Source of the DNA: an uncultured Gemmatimonadales bacterium
Lineage (GTDB): Bacteria > Gemmatimonadota > Gemmatimonadetes > Gemmatimonadales > GWC2-71-9
Direction of reading: 5' to 3'
Length of the DNA: 64,000 nt
Assembly (NCBI GenBank): GCA_963748815.1
Contig: CAVVKJ010000010.1
Span: forward strand, 288,001-352,000
Shown here in pieces: positions 11,978 to 22,938 of this stretch. Under the pieces are notes generated by a model. The model had not been told where the DNA came from, did not search any database, and saw nothing but the letters and a program-made list of their open reading frames with translations. How positions within the stretch are numbered: the stretch's first letter is position 1; each line of letters opens with the position of its first letter. The position numbers and the translations under genes were made by a program.

Positions 11978-11979
11978 CG

Positions 11980-13956
11980 ATGTACGTCTCCGCCGACCTC
12001 ATTTGGCTCGCCGTCGCCCTCCCGCTCGCCGGGTTCCTGGTCAACGGCGCCCTCGCGCTCTGGCGTCCGGGAGCCAAGACCGCCGTGAGCATCGTCGGCC
12101 CCGCCGTCCTCCTCGGCGCGTTCGCCGTCGTGGCGCTCATCTTCCGGAGTTACGCCGCCGCCGGCCTGGCCACCGCGCACGTCGTGCCGCTCTGGACCTG
12201 GCTGCCCGTCGGCTCGCTCACCATCGACCTGAGCTTCCTCGTCGACCGCTTGTCGCTCGTCATGCTCCTCGTGGTGACCGGCGTCGGGAGCCTTATCCAC
12301 CTCTTCAGCGTCGGGTACATGCGGAGCGACCCGGGCTACGCCCGGTACTTCGCGTACCTGAACCTGTTCGTGGTGTTCATGCTGGTGCTGGTGCTGGGGT
12401 CCAGCCTGCCGGTGCTCTTCATCGGCTGGGAAGGGGTGGGGCTGTGCTCCTACCTGCTCATCGGGTTCTGGTACGGTGACAAGGCCAATGCCGACGCCGG
12501 GAAGAAGGCGTTCCTCGTCAACCGGATCGGCGACTTCGGCTTCATGGTCGCGATGTTCCTCCTCTGGGCGGCGCTCGGGACGCTCAATTTCGTGGAACTC
12601 GGCGAGCTGGCCCCCGCGCACCTGGCGGCAGGGGGCACGCTGGTCACGGCCATCACCCTCTTCCTGTTCCTCGGATGTGCCGGCAAGTCCGCCCAGATTC
12701 CGCTGTACGTGTGGCTCCCGGACGCGATGGCCGGCCCGACCCCCGTCTCCGCCCTCATCCACGCGGCCACCATGGTCACCGCCGGCGTCTACCTGGTGGC
12801 GCGGACCAACGTCCTCTTCGCCATGGCGCCCCTGTCCAGCACGGTGGTCGCCGGCGTCGGCGCGCTGACGGCCCTCTTCGCCGCGACGATCGGCCTCCGG
12901 CAGTACGACATCAAGAAGGTCCTGGCGTACTCCACCGTGTCGCAGCTCGGGTACATGTTCCTCGCGGTCGGCACCGGCGCCTATGTGGCCGGGGTCTTCC
13001 ACCTGGTGACGCACGCCTTCTTCAAGGCGCTGCTCTTCCTCGGCGCCGGCAGCGTGATTCACTCGATGCACCACGCCTATCACGCCACGCATTCCCACGA
13101 GGACGCGCAGGACATGCGGAACATGGGCGGCCTCCGCCGCGCCATGCCGTGGACCTTCACGCTGATGGCCATCGCGACCCTCGCCATCGCGGGCATCCCG
13201 CCGTTCGCCGGGTTCTTCTCCAAGGACGAGACCCTCGCGGCCGCCTTCGCGCGCGGGGCGGAGATTCCCGCCTTCCGGGTCTTCTGGCTCTTCGGTGTCG
13301 TGGCCGCGGCCCTCACGGCCTTCTACATGGCGCGCCTGATGGCGATGACCTTCTTCGGCGAGAACCGGACCGGCGCGGAGGAGCAGAAGCACCTCCACGA
13401 GGCCCCGATGATCATGACGGCTCCGTTGGTGGTGCTCGGCGTGCTCAGCGCGGTCGGCGGGATGCTGAACCTGCCGGCCCTCTTCGGCGGCGACGCGAAG
13501 CTCGAGCACTGGCTCGACCCCGTCATCGAAGGGGCGCACCACTTCTTCCCGCTCGAAATGCCGCACGGACAGACCGAGTTCATCCTCATCGGTCTCGCGA
13601 TCGCCATCGCCGTGGGCGGGCTGATCGTCGGGTGGCGGGTGACGATGGCCCGGCCGATCCTGCCGGCCCGCCAGGCGGCGCCCGAGACGGGATTCTGGAA
13701 GGTGCTGTACCACAAGTATTACGTGGATGAGATCTACGCCGCGCTGATCGTTCGGCCACTGGTCCGCTTTTCCGAGCAGGTCCTGTGGAAGGACGTCGAC
13801 CAGCGGCTCATCGACCGCGGTGGCGTGGAGGGGTCGGCCGGGCTGGCGCGGACCCTCGGATGGATCGGCACCCGGCTGCAGACTGGCCAGGTCGGCGTCT
13901 ACCTGACGGTGTTCCTCGTGGGCGCGCTTGGCATCTTCTTCGTCGTGATGGGCTGA
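11980..13956 (+). CDS. nuoL: NADH-quinone oxidoreductase subunit L
   Basis: GWEGVG, NRIGD, KSAQIPLYVWLPDAMAGPTPVSALIHAAT, HAFFKALLF. Confidence 0.97.
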   Translation: MYVSADLIWLAVALPLAGFLVNGALALWRPGAKTAVSIVGPAVLLGAFAVVALIFRSYAAAGLATAHVVPLWTWLPVGSLTIDLSFLVDRLSLVMLLVVTGVGSLIHLFSVGYMRSDPGYARYFAYLNLFVVFMLVLVLGSSLPVLFIGWEGVGLCSYLLIGFWYGDKANADAGKKAFLVNRIGDFGFMVAMFLLWAALGTLNFVELGELAPAHLAAGGTLVTAITLFLFLGCAGKSAQIPLYVWLPDAMAGPTPVSALIHAATMVTAGVYLVARTNVLFAMAPLSSTVVAGVGALTALFAATIGLRQYDIKKVLAYSTVSQLGYMFLAVGTGAYVAGVFHLVTHAFFKALLFLGAGSVIHSMHHAYHATHSHEDAQDMRNMGGLRRAMPWTFTLMAIATLAIAGIPPFAGFFSKDETLAAAFARGAEIPAFRVFWLFGVVAAALTAFYMARLMAMTFFGENRTGAEEQKHLHEAPMIMTAPLVVLGVLSAVGGMLNLPALFGGDAKLEHWLDPVIEGAHHFFPLEMPHGQTEFILIGLAIAIAVGGLIVGWRVTMARPILPARQAAPETGFWKVLYHKYYVDEIYAALIVRPLVRFSEQVLWKDVDQRLIDRGGVEGSAGLARTLGWIGTRLQTGQVGVYLTVFLVGALGIFFVVMG

Positions 13957-13962
13957 CCCGCT

Positions 13963-15522
13963 ATGGCCGACTTGCTGAACCTCATCGGATACGAAGCCTG
14001 GGTCGTCCCGGTCCTTCTCATCCTCCCCGTCGTGGGGGCGCTGCTCGTCGTGGCGGCGCCCACCCCCCGCGCGCGCACCATCGCGCTGGCCGTGGCGCTC
14101 GCCGAATTCGTCGTTTCGGCAGGACTCTGGTGGAGCTTCCTGCCCGAGGGCGGGATGCAATTCACCGCCACGGTCCCCTGGATGCCGAGGTGGGGCATCG
14201 CCTACCGGGTGGGCATCGACGGGATTTCGCTCTTCATGGTGCTCCTCACCACGCTGACGATGCCGCTCTGCGTCCTCGGCAGCTGGAACTACATCACCCA
14301 GCGGGAAAAAGGCTTCTATGCGCTCCTGCTGGTCCTGCTGACCGGGATCCTGGGCGTCTTCATCAGCCTCGACCTCTTCCTGTTCTATGCCTTCTGGGAA
14401 CTGATGCTGATCCCGATGTATTTCCTGATCGGGATCTGGGGCGGGAGCAACCGGCTGTACGCCTCCATCAAGTTCTTCATCTATACGATGGTGGGCTCGC
14501 TGCTCATGCTGGTGGCGATCCTGGTGACGGTGTGGGTCGTGGGCGCCTCGACCGGTGTCCTGAGCTTCGGCTACGACCACATTCTCGGGAACGCCGCGGC
14601 GGTGGGCGGGCGGGCGCCCTGGCTCTTCGCGGCGTTTGCGCTGGCCTTTGCCATCAAGGTGCCGATCTTCCCGTTCCACACCTGGCTGCCCGACGCGCAC
14701 GTCGAGGCGCCGACCGCGGGGTCGGTCATCCTCGCCGGCGTGCTCCTCAAGATGGGAACCTACGGTTTCCTGCGGTTTGCCATCCCGTTCTTCCCGGATA
14801 TCGCCTTCAGCCCGGCGGTCACCACGGTGGCCGTGGTGCTCGCGGTGGTCGGCATCATCTACGGCGCGCTCGTGGCCATGGTGCAGCCCGACATCAAGAA
14901 GCTCGTGGCCTATTCCTCGGTGAGCCATCTCGGCTTTGTCATGCTCGGCATCTGGGCCGCCACCCTGCAAAGCGTCCAGGGCGCCCTGATGGTGATGATC
15001 AACCACGGCCTCTCCACCGGGGCGCTGTTCTTCCTCATCGGCATGCTGTACGAGCGACGGCACACCCGGGACATTGCCGCGTTCGGCGGGATCGCTCGCG
15101 TCATCCCGGTGTTCAGCCTGCTGTTCACCGTGGTCTCGCTCTCGTCCATCGGCCTGCCGGGGCTCAACGGGTTCGTCGGCGAGTTCCTGGTGCTGCTGGG
15201 AAGCTTCGGACGCTTCCCGTGGGCCACCGGCATCGCGACGACCGGGGTGATCTTCGCCGCGGCGTACCTCCTCTGGGCCCTGCAGCGCATCATCTTCAAC
15301 AAGCTCGACAAGCCCGAAAACGAGGCGTTGACCGACCTCACCCCCCGTGAGCTGGCGGTGCTCGCGCCGCTGCTCGCCGGCATCCTCTGGCTCGGCCTCT
15401 ACCCGGCGCCGGTCCTGCGTCGCATGGAGCCGACCAGTCGACAGTGGGTGGAGAGCGTCCAGCATGTCCTTCCCCAGGGCGCCCCGGCCAGTGCGGCGCC
15501 CCGCACCGAGGGCCACCCGTGA
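13963..15522 (+). CDS. nuoM: NADH-quinone oxidoreductase subunit M
   Basis: FWELMLIP, HTWLPDAHVEAPT, LLKMGTYG, YSSVSH. Confidence 0.97.
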   Translation: MADLLNLIGYEAWVVPVLLILPVVGALLVVAAPTPRARTIALAVALAEFVVSAGLWWSFLPEGGMQFTATVPWMPRWGIAYRVGIDGISLFMVLLTTLTMPLCVLGSWNYITQREKGFYALLLVLLTGILGVFISLDLFLFYAFWELMLIPMYFLIGIWGGSNRLYASIKFFIYTMVGSLLMLVAILVTVWVVGASTGVLSFGYDHILGNAAAVGGRAPWLFAAFALAFAIKVPIFPFHTWLPDAHVEAPTAGSVILAGVLLKMGTYGFLRFAIPFFPDIAFSPAVTTVAVVLAVVGIIYGALVAMVQPDIKKLVAYSSVSHLGFVMLGIWAATLQSVQGALMVMINHGLSTGALFFLIGMLYERRHTRDIAAFGGIARVIPVFSLLFTVVSLSSIGLPGLNGFVGEFLVLLGSFGRFPWATGIATTGVIFAAAYLLWALQRIIFNKLDKPENEALTDLTPRELAVLAPLLAGILWLGLYPAPVLRRMEPTSRQWVESVQHVLPQGAPASAAPRTEGHP

Positions 15523-17009
15523 GCCCGATCGACACGACTTCGCCGACGGGCGTCCTGCTCGCGCTCCTGCCCGAGGTAGTGCTCTCCCTGGCCGCCCTGG
15601 GCGTCCTCCTGGTGAACGCCTGGAGGCACGAGACCGCCGAGGACGCGCGATTGGCCGGCTGGCTGAGCCTTGCCGGCGTGGGCGCATCGCTCGCCGCGCT
15701 GGTCTGGCTCTGGGGCGCCGATGCCGGCGGGGCCGCGGGTATCCCGCAAATGGTCGCGCTCGACGGCTATCGCTACCTCGGCAGCTTCATCTTCCTGGTC
15801 GCCGCAGGGGCCACGATCGTCTTCTCGCTCGATTACCTCGAGCGCGAACAGATCCGGGGGCCGGAGTACTACACGCTGATCCTCCTCGCGACGGTCGGCA
15901 TGATGCTGCTGGGCGGGGCCAGCGACTTCGTCATGATCTTCCTCGGGCTCGAGGTGATGTCGGTCGCCGCGTACGTGCTGGCCGCCTACGACCGCCGCAG
16001 CCCGTTCTCCGCCGAGGCCGGGCTGAAGTACTTCCTGATCGGGGCCTTCGCCTCGGGGTTCTTGCTCTATGGCATCGCGCTTATCTACGGCGCGACCGGG
16101 ACGACGAATCTCGTGATGGCCGGCACGTTCTTCAGCGCGGGCAACCTCCCGGTCATGGCCTCGCTCGGCTTGAGTCTCCTGCTGATGGGCTTTCTCTTCA
16201 AGGTCTCGGTCGTCCCCTTTCACATGTGGGCGCCTGACGTCTACGACGGCGCACCGACGCCGGTGACCGGTCTGATGGCCACCGGCATCAAGGCGGCGGG
16301 GTTCCTCTCGCTCACCCGCGTGCTGTTCGTCACGTTCCCGGCCGATGCGGCCCTCTGGCAGCCGGTGCTCGGCGTCCTGGCCATCGCGACGATGGTCGCC
16401 GGCAACCTGATGGCGCTGTCGCAGCGGACCGTCAAGCGGATGCTGGCGTACAGCTCCGTCGCGCACGCCGGCTACCTGCTGGCCGCGGTCTGGACCGGGA
16501 GCCGGCTCGGGGCGGCGTCGGTGCAGGCGTATCTGGTGGCCTACTCGCTCACCAGCCTGGCCGCGTTCGGCCTGCTCGCGTCGCTCGGCCGGGGTGGGGA
16601 GCGCGATCTCACCGCCGACGACCTGGCCGGGCTCGCCCGGAGGCGGCCCTGGACGGCGGCCGCGTTTGCCATCGTGCTGCTTTCTCTCCTCGGATTCCCG
16701 GGAACGTTTGGCTTCATCGGCAAGTGGATGATTCTCTCGTCGCTCGTGGTCGCCGGCCAGTGGCTCATCCCGGTGGTGCTGGTCCTGGCCAGTGCGGTGT
16801 CGGCGGGCTACTACCTGCCGCTCATCATGGCGATGTACATGAAGCCGGCCCCGGACGGGGCGGCCGAGGCGCCTCGCCTGCCGCGAGGCACCGCCGTCGT
16901 CGTCGGCGGCATCGTCGCGCTGATCCTGTTCCTCGGCGTCTGGCCCGAGCCGGTGCTCGGCAGGACGCTCGAGGTTGCCGCTTCGCTCTTCGAGCGCGCC
17001 TTCCAGTAG
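15519..17009 (+). CDS. nuoN: NADH-quinone oxidoreductase subunit N
   Basis: EAGLKYF, PFHMWAPDVYDGAPTP, KRMLAYSS. Confidence 0.96.
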   Translation: MSPIDTTSPTGVLLALLPEVVLSLAALGVLLVNAWRHETAEDARLAGWLSLAGVGASLAALVWLWGADAGGAAGIPQMVALDGYRYLGSFIFLVAAGATIVFSLDYLEREQIRGPEYYTLILLATVGMMLLGGASDFVMIFLGLEVMSVAAYVLAAYDRRSPFSAEAGLKYFLIGAFASGFLLYGIALIYGATGTTNLVMAGTFFSAGNLPVMASLGLSLLLMGFLFKVSVVPFHMWAPDVYDGAPTPVTGLMATGIKAAGFLSLTRVLFVTFPADAALWQPVLGVLAIATMVAGNLMALSQRTVKRMLAYSSVAHAGYLLAAVWTGSRLGAASVQAYLVAYSLTSLAAFGLLASLGRGGERDLTADDLAGLARRRPWTAAAFAIVLLSLLGFPGTFGFIGKWMILSSLVVAGQWLIPVVLVLASAVSAGYYLPLIMAMYMKPAPDGAAEAPRLPRGTAVVVGGIVALILFLGVWPEPVLGRTLEVAASLFERAFQ

Positions 17010-17042
17010 TCGGGCCGACACTCCATCCGGCCGGGAGGCACG

Positions 17043-18419
17043 GTGCGCGTCCCACGATCCATTTTTCGGCAATATGACATCCGCGGCCTGGTCGGCGCGG
17101 AATTGACCCCCGACTTTGCCCACGCGCTCGGTCGCGAGTTCGCCGCGTTCGGCAGGGAACGCCTTGGCCGCGATCCGGTGCTGGCGGTCGGGCGCGACAA
17201 CCGCCCTTCCGGCATCTCGCTCGCCGCGGCGCTCCGGGCCGGGATGGCCGCCGCCGGCGCCCGCGTCGTCGAGGTGGGGGAACTTCCGACGCCCGCTCTG
17301 TACTTCGCCGTTCACACCCTCGCGGTGGACGGTGGCGTGCAGGTGACCGGCTCCCACAACCCCCCCGAGTTCAACGGGTTCAAGATGGTGCTCGCCGGCG
17401 AGTCGGTGCACGGCGACGAGATCCAGGATCTCTACGAGCGCATCACCCTCGAGCAGGGCACCGATCGTCCGGGAAGCGAGTCGGCGGACGGGTCCGTGCT
17501 CGGCCGGTATCGCGACGCCATCGTCGACCGCCACCAGCTCGCCCGGCCGGTCCGCGTGGTGGTGGATTGCGGCAACGGCGTCGGCAGCGTCATCGCGGTC
17601 TCGACCTTGCGCGCGCTTGGCGCCGACGTCATCCCCCTCTTCTGCGAATCTGACGGGACCTTCCCGAACCACCATCCCGACCCGACCGTCCCCGCCAACC
17701 TCGTCGACCTCCAGGTCGAGGTCCGGCGAAGCGGCGCGGAGCTCGGCATCGCCTTCGACGGCGACGCCGACCGGATCGGCGCGGTGGACGAGACGGGGCG
17801 GGTGCTGTTCGGCGACCAGCTGCTGGTCGTGTTCGGACGCGACGCGGTCCGGCGCTTCGGACCCGGCGCACGGGTCATCTTCGACGTCAAGTGTTCTGAC
17901 CTCCTCCCCGCCGCCCTGCGCGAGGCCGGGGCCCGGCCGGAGATGTGGAAGACGGGCCACTCGCTGATCAAGGCCCGGATGAAGGAACAGGGCGCCGTGC
18001 TCGCCGGCGAGATGAGCGGCCACATGTTCTTCGCCGGCGACTGGTTCGGGTTCGACGACGCGCTGTTTGCGGCCGCACGGCTGCTCGAGATCGTTTCGCG
18101 CGGGCCGCACGGACTGGCCGCGCACCTCGCTGACCTGCCGGAGACCTTCGCGACGCCCGAGATTCGAGTGGACTGCCCGGACGACCGCAAGTTTGACATC
18201 GTCGCCGAGGCGACGGCTTACTTTCGCGCCCGGTACCCGGTCAACGACATCGACGGGGTGCGGATGTCGTTCGCCAATGGCTGGGGACTGATTCGCGCCT
18301 CGAACACCCAGCCAATCCTGGTGCTCCGCTTCGAAGCCACGGACGAGGGATCCCTCGCGGAGTACCGGCGGGAAGTCCTGCAATGGCTCGCGGAGCGGGG
18401 CGTGCAAGGGGAGGGGTAG
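17043..18419 (+). CDS. phosphomannomutase/phosphoglucomutase (AlgC-like)
   Basis: FRQYDIRG, TGSHNP, FDGDADR, GEMSGH, RASNTQP. Confidence 0.93.
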   Translation: MRVPRSIFRQYDIRGLVGAELTPDFAHALGREFAAFGRERLGRDPVLAVGRDNRPSGISLAAALRAGMAAAGARVVEVGELPTPALYFAVHTLAVDGGVQVTGSHNPPEFNGFKMVLAGESVHGDEIQDLYERITLEQGTDRPGSESADGSVLGRYRDAIVDRHQLARPVRVVVDCGNGVGSVIAVSTLRALGADVIPLFCESDGTFPNHHPDPTVPANLVDLQVEVRRSGAELGIAFDGDADRIGAVDETGRVLFGDQLLVVFGRDAVRRFGPGARVIFDVKCSDLLPAALREAGARPEMWKTGHSLIKARMKEQGAVLAGEMSGHMFFAGDWFGFDDALFAAARLLEIVSRGPHGLAAHLADLPETFATPEIRVDCPDDRKFDIVAEATAYFRARYPVNDIDGVRMSFANGWGLIRASNTQPILVLRFEATDEGSLAEYRREVLQWLAERGVQGEG

Positions 18420-18424
18420 CCGGC

Positions 18425-20821
18425 ATGCGCGGACGCTGGTTCGTTGGCACGGTGGCCGCCCTCGTCCTTCTGCTCTTCGCCGGGCAATGGCTCGCCGACT
18501 TCCTGGCGGAACGCTGGTGGGCCGGTGCGCTCGTGCCGGAGGCGGCCGGGTTCGTATCGAGCGTGCGGCTCCTCCGCCTCACCGTCGACGCCGCGGCGGT
18601 GCTCATCGCCACGGCCTGGTTCACCGGACACCTGCTCGTCGTCCACCGCGCCATCGGTTCCGTCCAGATTTCCCGCCAGGTGGCCAATCTTGAAATCCGC
18701 GAGGCAGTCACCCCTGCCACCCTCCTTCCGCTGGCGCTCGGCGTCGGGGTGGCCCTGGGTCTGATCGCCGGCGTGGGGTCGGGGCGAGACTGGGCGACGT
18801 TTGCCCTGGCATGGCAGGGTGTGAGCTACGGCCTGGCCGATCCGCTGATGCACAAGGACTTGGGGGTGTTCGTTGCGCAGCTCCCCCTCTGGGTGCTGCT
18901 GCATGACTTCGCGCGCCTGCTCGCGTGGAGCGCACTCGTCGTCGTCGGGGCGCTGTATGCCGTGCTCGGGGCGGTCCGGTGGCAGCGCGGCCGCCCCGCG
19001 ATCTCCGATCACGCCCGGCGACATCTCGGCCTCCTGCTCGCCGCCGCCGCGCTCGTGCTGGCCTGGGGGTTCCTCCTCACGCCGTTCGAGGTGGCGGCGA
19101 CCTCCACCCCCGATGCCGCATCGTGGGACACCCTGGAGCTCGTGACGCTGGCTCTCGGTGGCGCGTCGTTTGCCGCCGCCGTGATCTCGATCGTCTGGGC
19201 CGTTCGCGGGCATCACCTCTTGCTCGTGGCCGGCTGGGGCGTCCTCTTGGCCGGTGGGGTGTTCGTGTGGATGATGCTGCCGGCCACGGTTGGGGCCGGT
19301 GGCGATGATTCCGCCGAGTCGTCCCGCGCCGCCCTCGACCGCACCGCCTACGGGCTCGAGGGACTCGATGATCGAGCGGCGCGGGTGACTCCCCCCGCCA
19401 GCGGTGCCGTGCCGTCGCTCTGGAGCGGGCTGAGCATCGAGCGGTTGGTGACCGCCGATTCGCAGATCCTTGAATCGGCCACCCAGACCACGATTTCGGT
19501 GGACGGGGCAGCCATGCCGGTCTGGCTGGTGTTGCGAGTCCCCGCAGCGGGGCTCCCCGCCGTGCTCGCGATTGCGGATGGCCGGACCGGAGCGAACTCG
19601 GTGCCGCTCTCCTATCGCGCCGGCGACTCGCTCGCCTACCCTGGACTCGTCACCTTCCGGACGCTCCCACCTTCGATCGTTCGGCCAGGCGCACCCCGGA
19701 TCGTGATCGATTCGGGAGTGGTCGGTCTGCTCGTGGGCGGCGCGGCCCGCCGTTCGGTCCTCGCGTGGGCGCTTCAGTCGGCTCGCCTTCTGGGAGCCGC
19801 CGGCCGCCCGACCCGGGTCCGTTGGCGCCTGGCCCCCCGCGCCAGGCTGGAAGCACTCGCCCCCTTCGCCTCCTGGGAACAACCACGCTTCCTCCTCGTC
19901 GACGGCACTTCGATGTGGGTCTCGCATGGGTACGTCGCCAGCGAGTATTTCGCCGGCTCGACCCGGCTTGGGAGCCTCGGCGCGCTCGAGGCGGGCCTGC
20001 TCGGGGCCATCGACGCCGTGACCGGGGAAACCACCATCTACCTCCTGCCCGACGCCGGTCCCATCACGCGGAGCTGGTCTCAAATCACCCAGGGAGTCGT
20101 CCGGCCGTCGGGTGAGACGCCGCCGGCGCTCGCTCGCGTGCTGCCCTATCCGACCCGGCTGTTCGAGGCGCAGTCGCGTCTCCTCGAGGCGGGCCACTGG
20201 CGGGCCGGCACTCTCGCGGGGCCGCCGGGAGCCCCGGCGCCGCCGGCGACCGTCTGGGAGGGCGGCCAGTCGCTCGCCCTCGTCACCGGTTACGAGCGGG
20301 GAGAGGACCGGCGGGTGCGCTCCCTGCTCGTCGGCCGCGTCACCGAATCAGGACGCCGCCTGGACCTGATCCGACTGAGCGAGGCGGGAAGTCTTCCGGG
20401 CGTGGCCAGTGCCCAGGCGACCTGGGATCGGTTTCCGTCCTACGAGCAGCTGCTCGATTCGATCGTGCGGCGGGGGGCCCGGTTCGAACGCGGCCCCTAC
20501 CGCATCCTCCCGATGGGCGATGCCCCGCTCGCCTACCAGCCCTGGTACGCCGTCGACAAGGATGGGCAGGTCACGGAGCCCTACGTGGCACTCGCGCAGG
20601 GGACGCGCGCCGGGGCAGGGCGCTCCTTTCCGGACGCCTGGGACAACATGCGCGGTGCCGGTGCGCCACTGCCGCCGGGCTTCGGGCCGACCACGCCGCT
20701 CGAGGAAGCGAGGCGGTGGATGCTCCGGGCGGACTCGGCCCTGCACGCGGGAGATTGGGAGGGGTTCGGACGCGCGTTCGGGGCGCTGCGGGAAGCGCTC
20801 GGTGCAGGGCAGGGGGAGTAG
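18425..20821 (+). CDS. UPF0182-family membrane protein (divergent)
   Basis: Multi-TM N-half; family-like motifs DPLMHKDLGVFVAQLP, ARRHL, PYPTRLFEAQ, AGDWEGFG. Confidence 0.7.
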   Translation: MRGRWFVGTVAALVLLLFAGQWLADFLAERWWAGALVPEAAGFVSSVRLLRLTVDAAAVLIATAWFTGHLLVVHRAIGSVQISRQVANLEIREAVTPATLLPLALGVGVALGLIAGVGSGRDWATFALAWQGVSYGLADPLMHKDLGVFVAQLPLWVLLHDFARLLAWSALVVVGALYAVLGAVRWQRGRPAISDHARRHLGLLLAAAALVLAWGFLLTPFEVAATSTPDAASWDTLELVTLALGGASFAAAVISIVWAVRGHHLLLVAGWGVLLAGGVFVWMMLPATVGAGGDDSAESSRAALDRTAYGLEGLDDRAARVTPPASGAVPSLWSGLSIERLVTADSQILESATQTTISVDGAAMPVWLVLRVPAAGLPAVLAIADGRTGANSVPLSYRAGDSLAYPGLVTFRTLPPSIVRPGAPRIVIDSGVVGLLVGGAARRSVLAWALQSARLLGAAGRPTRVRWRLAPRARLEALAPFASWEQPRFLLVDGTSMWVSHGYVASEYFAGSTRLGSLGALEAGLLGAIDAVTGETTIYLLPDAGPITRSWSQITQGVVRPSGETPPALARVLPYPTRLFEAQSRLLEAGHWRAGTLAGPPGAPAPPATVWEGGQSLALVTGYERGEDRRVRSLLVGRVTESGRRLDLIRLSEAGSLPGVASAQATWDRFPSYEQLLDSIVRRGARFERGPYRILPMGDAPLAYQPWYAVDKDGQVTEPYVALAQGTRAGAGRSFPDAWDNMRGAGAPLPPGFGPTTPLEEARRWMLRADSALHAGDWEGFGRAFGALREALGAGQGE

Positions 20822-20830
20822 GAAACCCGG

Positions 20831-20859
20831 TTGTATCCACCCCCCGGGGCGGGTAGCTT
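20831..20859 (+). promoter_or_regulatory. sigma70-type promoter of sucCD-ndk (TTGTAT-17-TAGCTT)
   Basis: Hexamers with 17-nt spacer upstream of the AGGAG SD. Confidence 0.55.
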
Positions 20860-20890
20860 TCCGCGCGGTTAACCACGTCCAGGAGAGATC

Positions 20891-22030
20891 GTGAATTTGC
20901 ACGAATATCAGGCGCGCGCGCTCCTCAAGGCCGCGGGCATGCCGGTGCCGGATGGCGACGTCGCCGCCACCCCAAGCGAAGTGGAGTCGGTTGCCAGACG
21001 GATCGGCGGAACGGTCGTCATCAAGGCCCAGGTGCACGCCGGCGGACGCGGCAAGGCCGGCGGGGTCAAGCTCGCCAAGACCCCGGCCGAAGCGGCCGAA
21101 ATCGCGTCGCACATTCTCGGCATGCAGATCAAGGGTCTGACGGTGCACAAGGTGCTGGTCGTGCCGGCGGCGGAGATCGCGACGGAGGCCTACCTCGGGC
21201 TCATTCTCGACCGCGACACGCAGCGCCCGGTCTTCATGGTGAGCCCGGCGGGTGGTATCGACATCGAGGAGGTGGCGGCCAGCACGCCGGAGAAGATCCT
21301 GCGGCTCCCGGTCGATCCGCGCTTCGGGCTTCTGCCGCACCAGGCCATGACGCTCGCGTTTTTCCTCTACCGCGACGTCAAGCAGGCGCGCGCCGCGGCC
21401 GACATCATGCATCGGCTCTACACGGTGTTCACCGAGAACGGTGCCTCACTGGCCGAAATCAACCCGCTCATCACGACACCGGCCGGCCAGGTGCTCGCCC
21501 TCGACGCCAAGATCTCGATCGACGACAATGAGCTCGACCGCCGGCCCGACCTCGCCGAGCTGCGCGACGAGACCGCGGAAGACCCGAGCGAGGTGGCCGC
21601 GCGCCGGGCCGGGCTCACCTTCATCAAGTTGGACGGCAACGTCGGCTGCGTCGTCAACGGCGCCGGTCTCGCCATGGCGACGATGGACCTCGTCAAGTAC
21701 TACGGGGGCGAGCCGGCCAACTTCCTGGACATCGGTGGCAGCTCGAACCCGGACAAGGTGGTCAACGCCCTGAAGATCATCACCGCCGACCCGAGCGTCC
21801 GGGCCATCCTGTTCAATATCTTCGGTGGCATCACTCGCACGGACGACGTCGCCAACGGGATCAAGACCGCGCTCGAGCAGTTCCCCGTGAAGGTGCCCAT
21901 CGTGGTGCGCCTGACCGGCACGAACGAGAAGGAAGCGGTGAAGATCCTGCAGGGCATCGGCATGACGGCGCTCTCCGACATGGACGAGGCCGTTTCCAAG
22001 GTGGTGGCTCTGGTCGGGGAGGCGGCGTGA
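20891..22030 (+). CDS. sucC: succinyl-CoA ligase beta subunit
   Basis: [39 protein letters not shown]. Confidence 0.97.
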   Translation: MNLHEYQARALLKAAGMPVPDGDVAATPSEVESVARRIGGTVVIKAQVHAGGRGKAGGVKLAKTPAEAAEIASHILGMQIKGLTVHKVLVVPAAEIATEAYLGLILDRDTQRPVFMVSPAGGIDIEEVAASTPEKILRLPVDPRFGLLPHQAMTLAFFLYRDVKQARAAADIMHRLYTVFTENGASLAEINPLITTPAGQVLALDAKISIDDNELDRRPDLAELRDETAEDPSEVAARRAGLTFIKLDGNVGCVVNGAGLAMATMDLVKYYGGEPANFLDIGGSSNPDKVVNALKIITADPSVRAILFNIFGGITRTDDVANGIKTALEQFPVKVPIVVRLTGTNEKEAVKILQGIGMTALSDMDEAVSKVVALVGEAA

Positions 22031-22899
22031 GCATCTTCATCGGGAAGGACACCCGGCTCGTGGTGCAGGGCATCACGGGACGCGACGGTTCGTTCCACGC
22101 GAAGCAGATGATCGAGTACGGCACGAAGGTGGTGGCCGGCGTGACGCCCGGCAAGGGCGGCCAGACCTTCGAGGGCAAGGTCCCGGTGTTCGACACCGTG
22201 GCGGAGTCGGTGGCCAGGACCGGCGCCAACACGGCGGTCATCTACGTGCCGCCGATGGGCGCCGCCGGCGCCATCTTCGAGGCGGTCGACGCGGGCATCG
22301 CCATGGTCGTCTGCATCACCGAGGGCGTGCCCGTCATCGAGATGACCCGGGTCATGCCGTTCGTGCGGGAACGCGGCGCCCGGCTCATCGGCCCCAACTG
22401 CCCCGGCGCCATCACGCCGGGTGAGGCAAAGGTCGGCATCATCCCCGGCTCCATCTGCGCCCCGGGCCGTGTCGGCCTGGTATCCCGCAGCGGGACGCTC
22501 ACCTACGAGGTGGTCAACCTGCTGACCCGCGCGAAGATCGGGCAGAGCACCTGCGTCGGCATCGGCGGCGACCCGATCATCGGGACCAATTTCATCGACT
22601 GCCTGCGGGCCTTCGAGGAGGACCCGAACACCGACGCAATCGTCATGATGGGCGAAATTGGCGGGACCGACGAGCAGCGGGCCGCCGAATTTGTCCGCGA
22701 CCACGTGACGAAGCCGGTGGTGGGGTTCATCGCGGGGCAAACGGCACCGCCGGGGCGCCGGATGGGCCACGCTGGCGCCATCATCTCCGGCTCGTCGGGG
22801 ACCGCCGCCGAGAAGATGGCGGCGTTCGAGGAGGCCGGCATCAGCGTCATGAAGCGGCCGGCCGACGTCGTGCCGCTGCTCAAGGCCCGGCTCAAGTAG
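22027..22899 (+). CDS. sucD: succinyl-CoA ligase alpha subunit
   Basis: [28 protein letters not shown]. Confidence 0.97.
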   Translation: MSIFIGKDTRLVVQGITGRDGSFHAKQMIEYGTKVVAGVTPGKGGQTFEGKVPVFDTVAESVARTGANTAVIYVPPMGAAGAIFEAVDAGIAMVVCITEGVPVIEMTRVMPFVRERGARLIGPNCPGAITPGEAKVGIIPGSICAPGRVGLVSRSGTLTYEVVNLLTRAKIGQSTCVGIGGDPIIGTNFIDCLRAFEEDPNTDAIVMMGEIGGTDEQRAAEFVRDHVTKPVVGFIAGQTAPPGRRMGHAGAIISGSSGTAAEKMAAFEEAGISVMKRPADVVPLLKARLK

Positions 22900-22938
22900 C
22901 CGTCGCCACACATCGACTCACACCCAGAATTCGAGACC

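Noticed and set aside
11644..15687. 1347-aa minus-strand ORF and similar long antisense ORFs (216-3008, 15399-18407, 28023-30596, 36813-39230)
   Set aside because: Shadow frames of high-GC genes; they lie opposite clearly recognisable proteins and carry no motifs, apart from the real dcd 5' segment.
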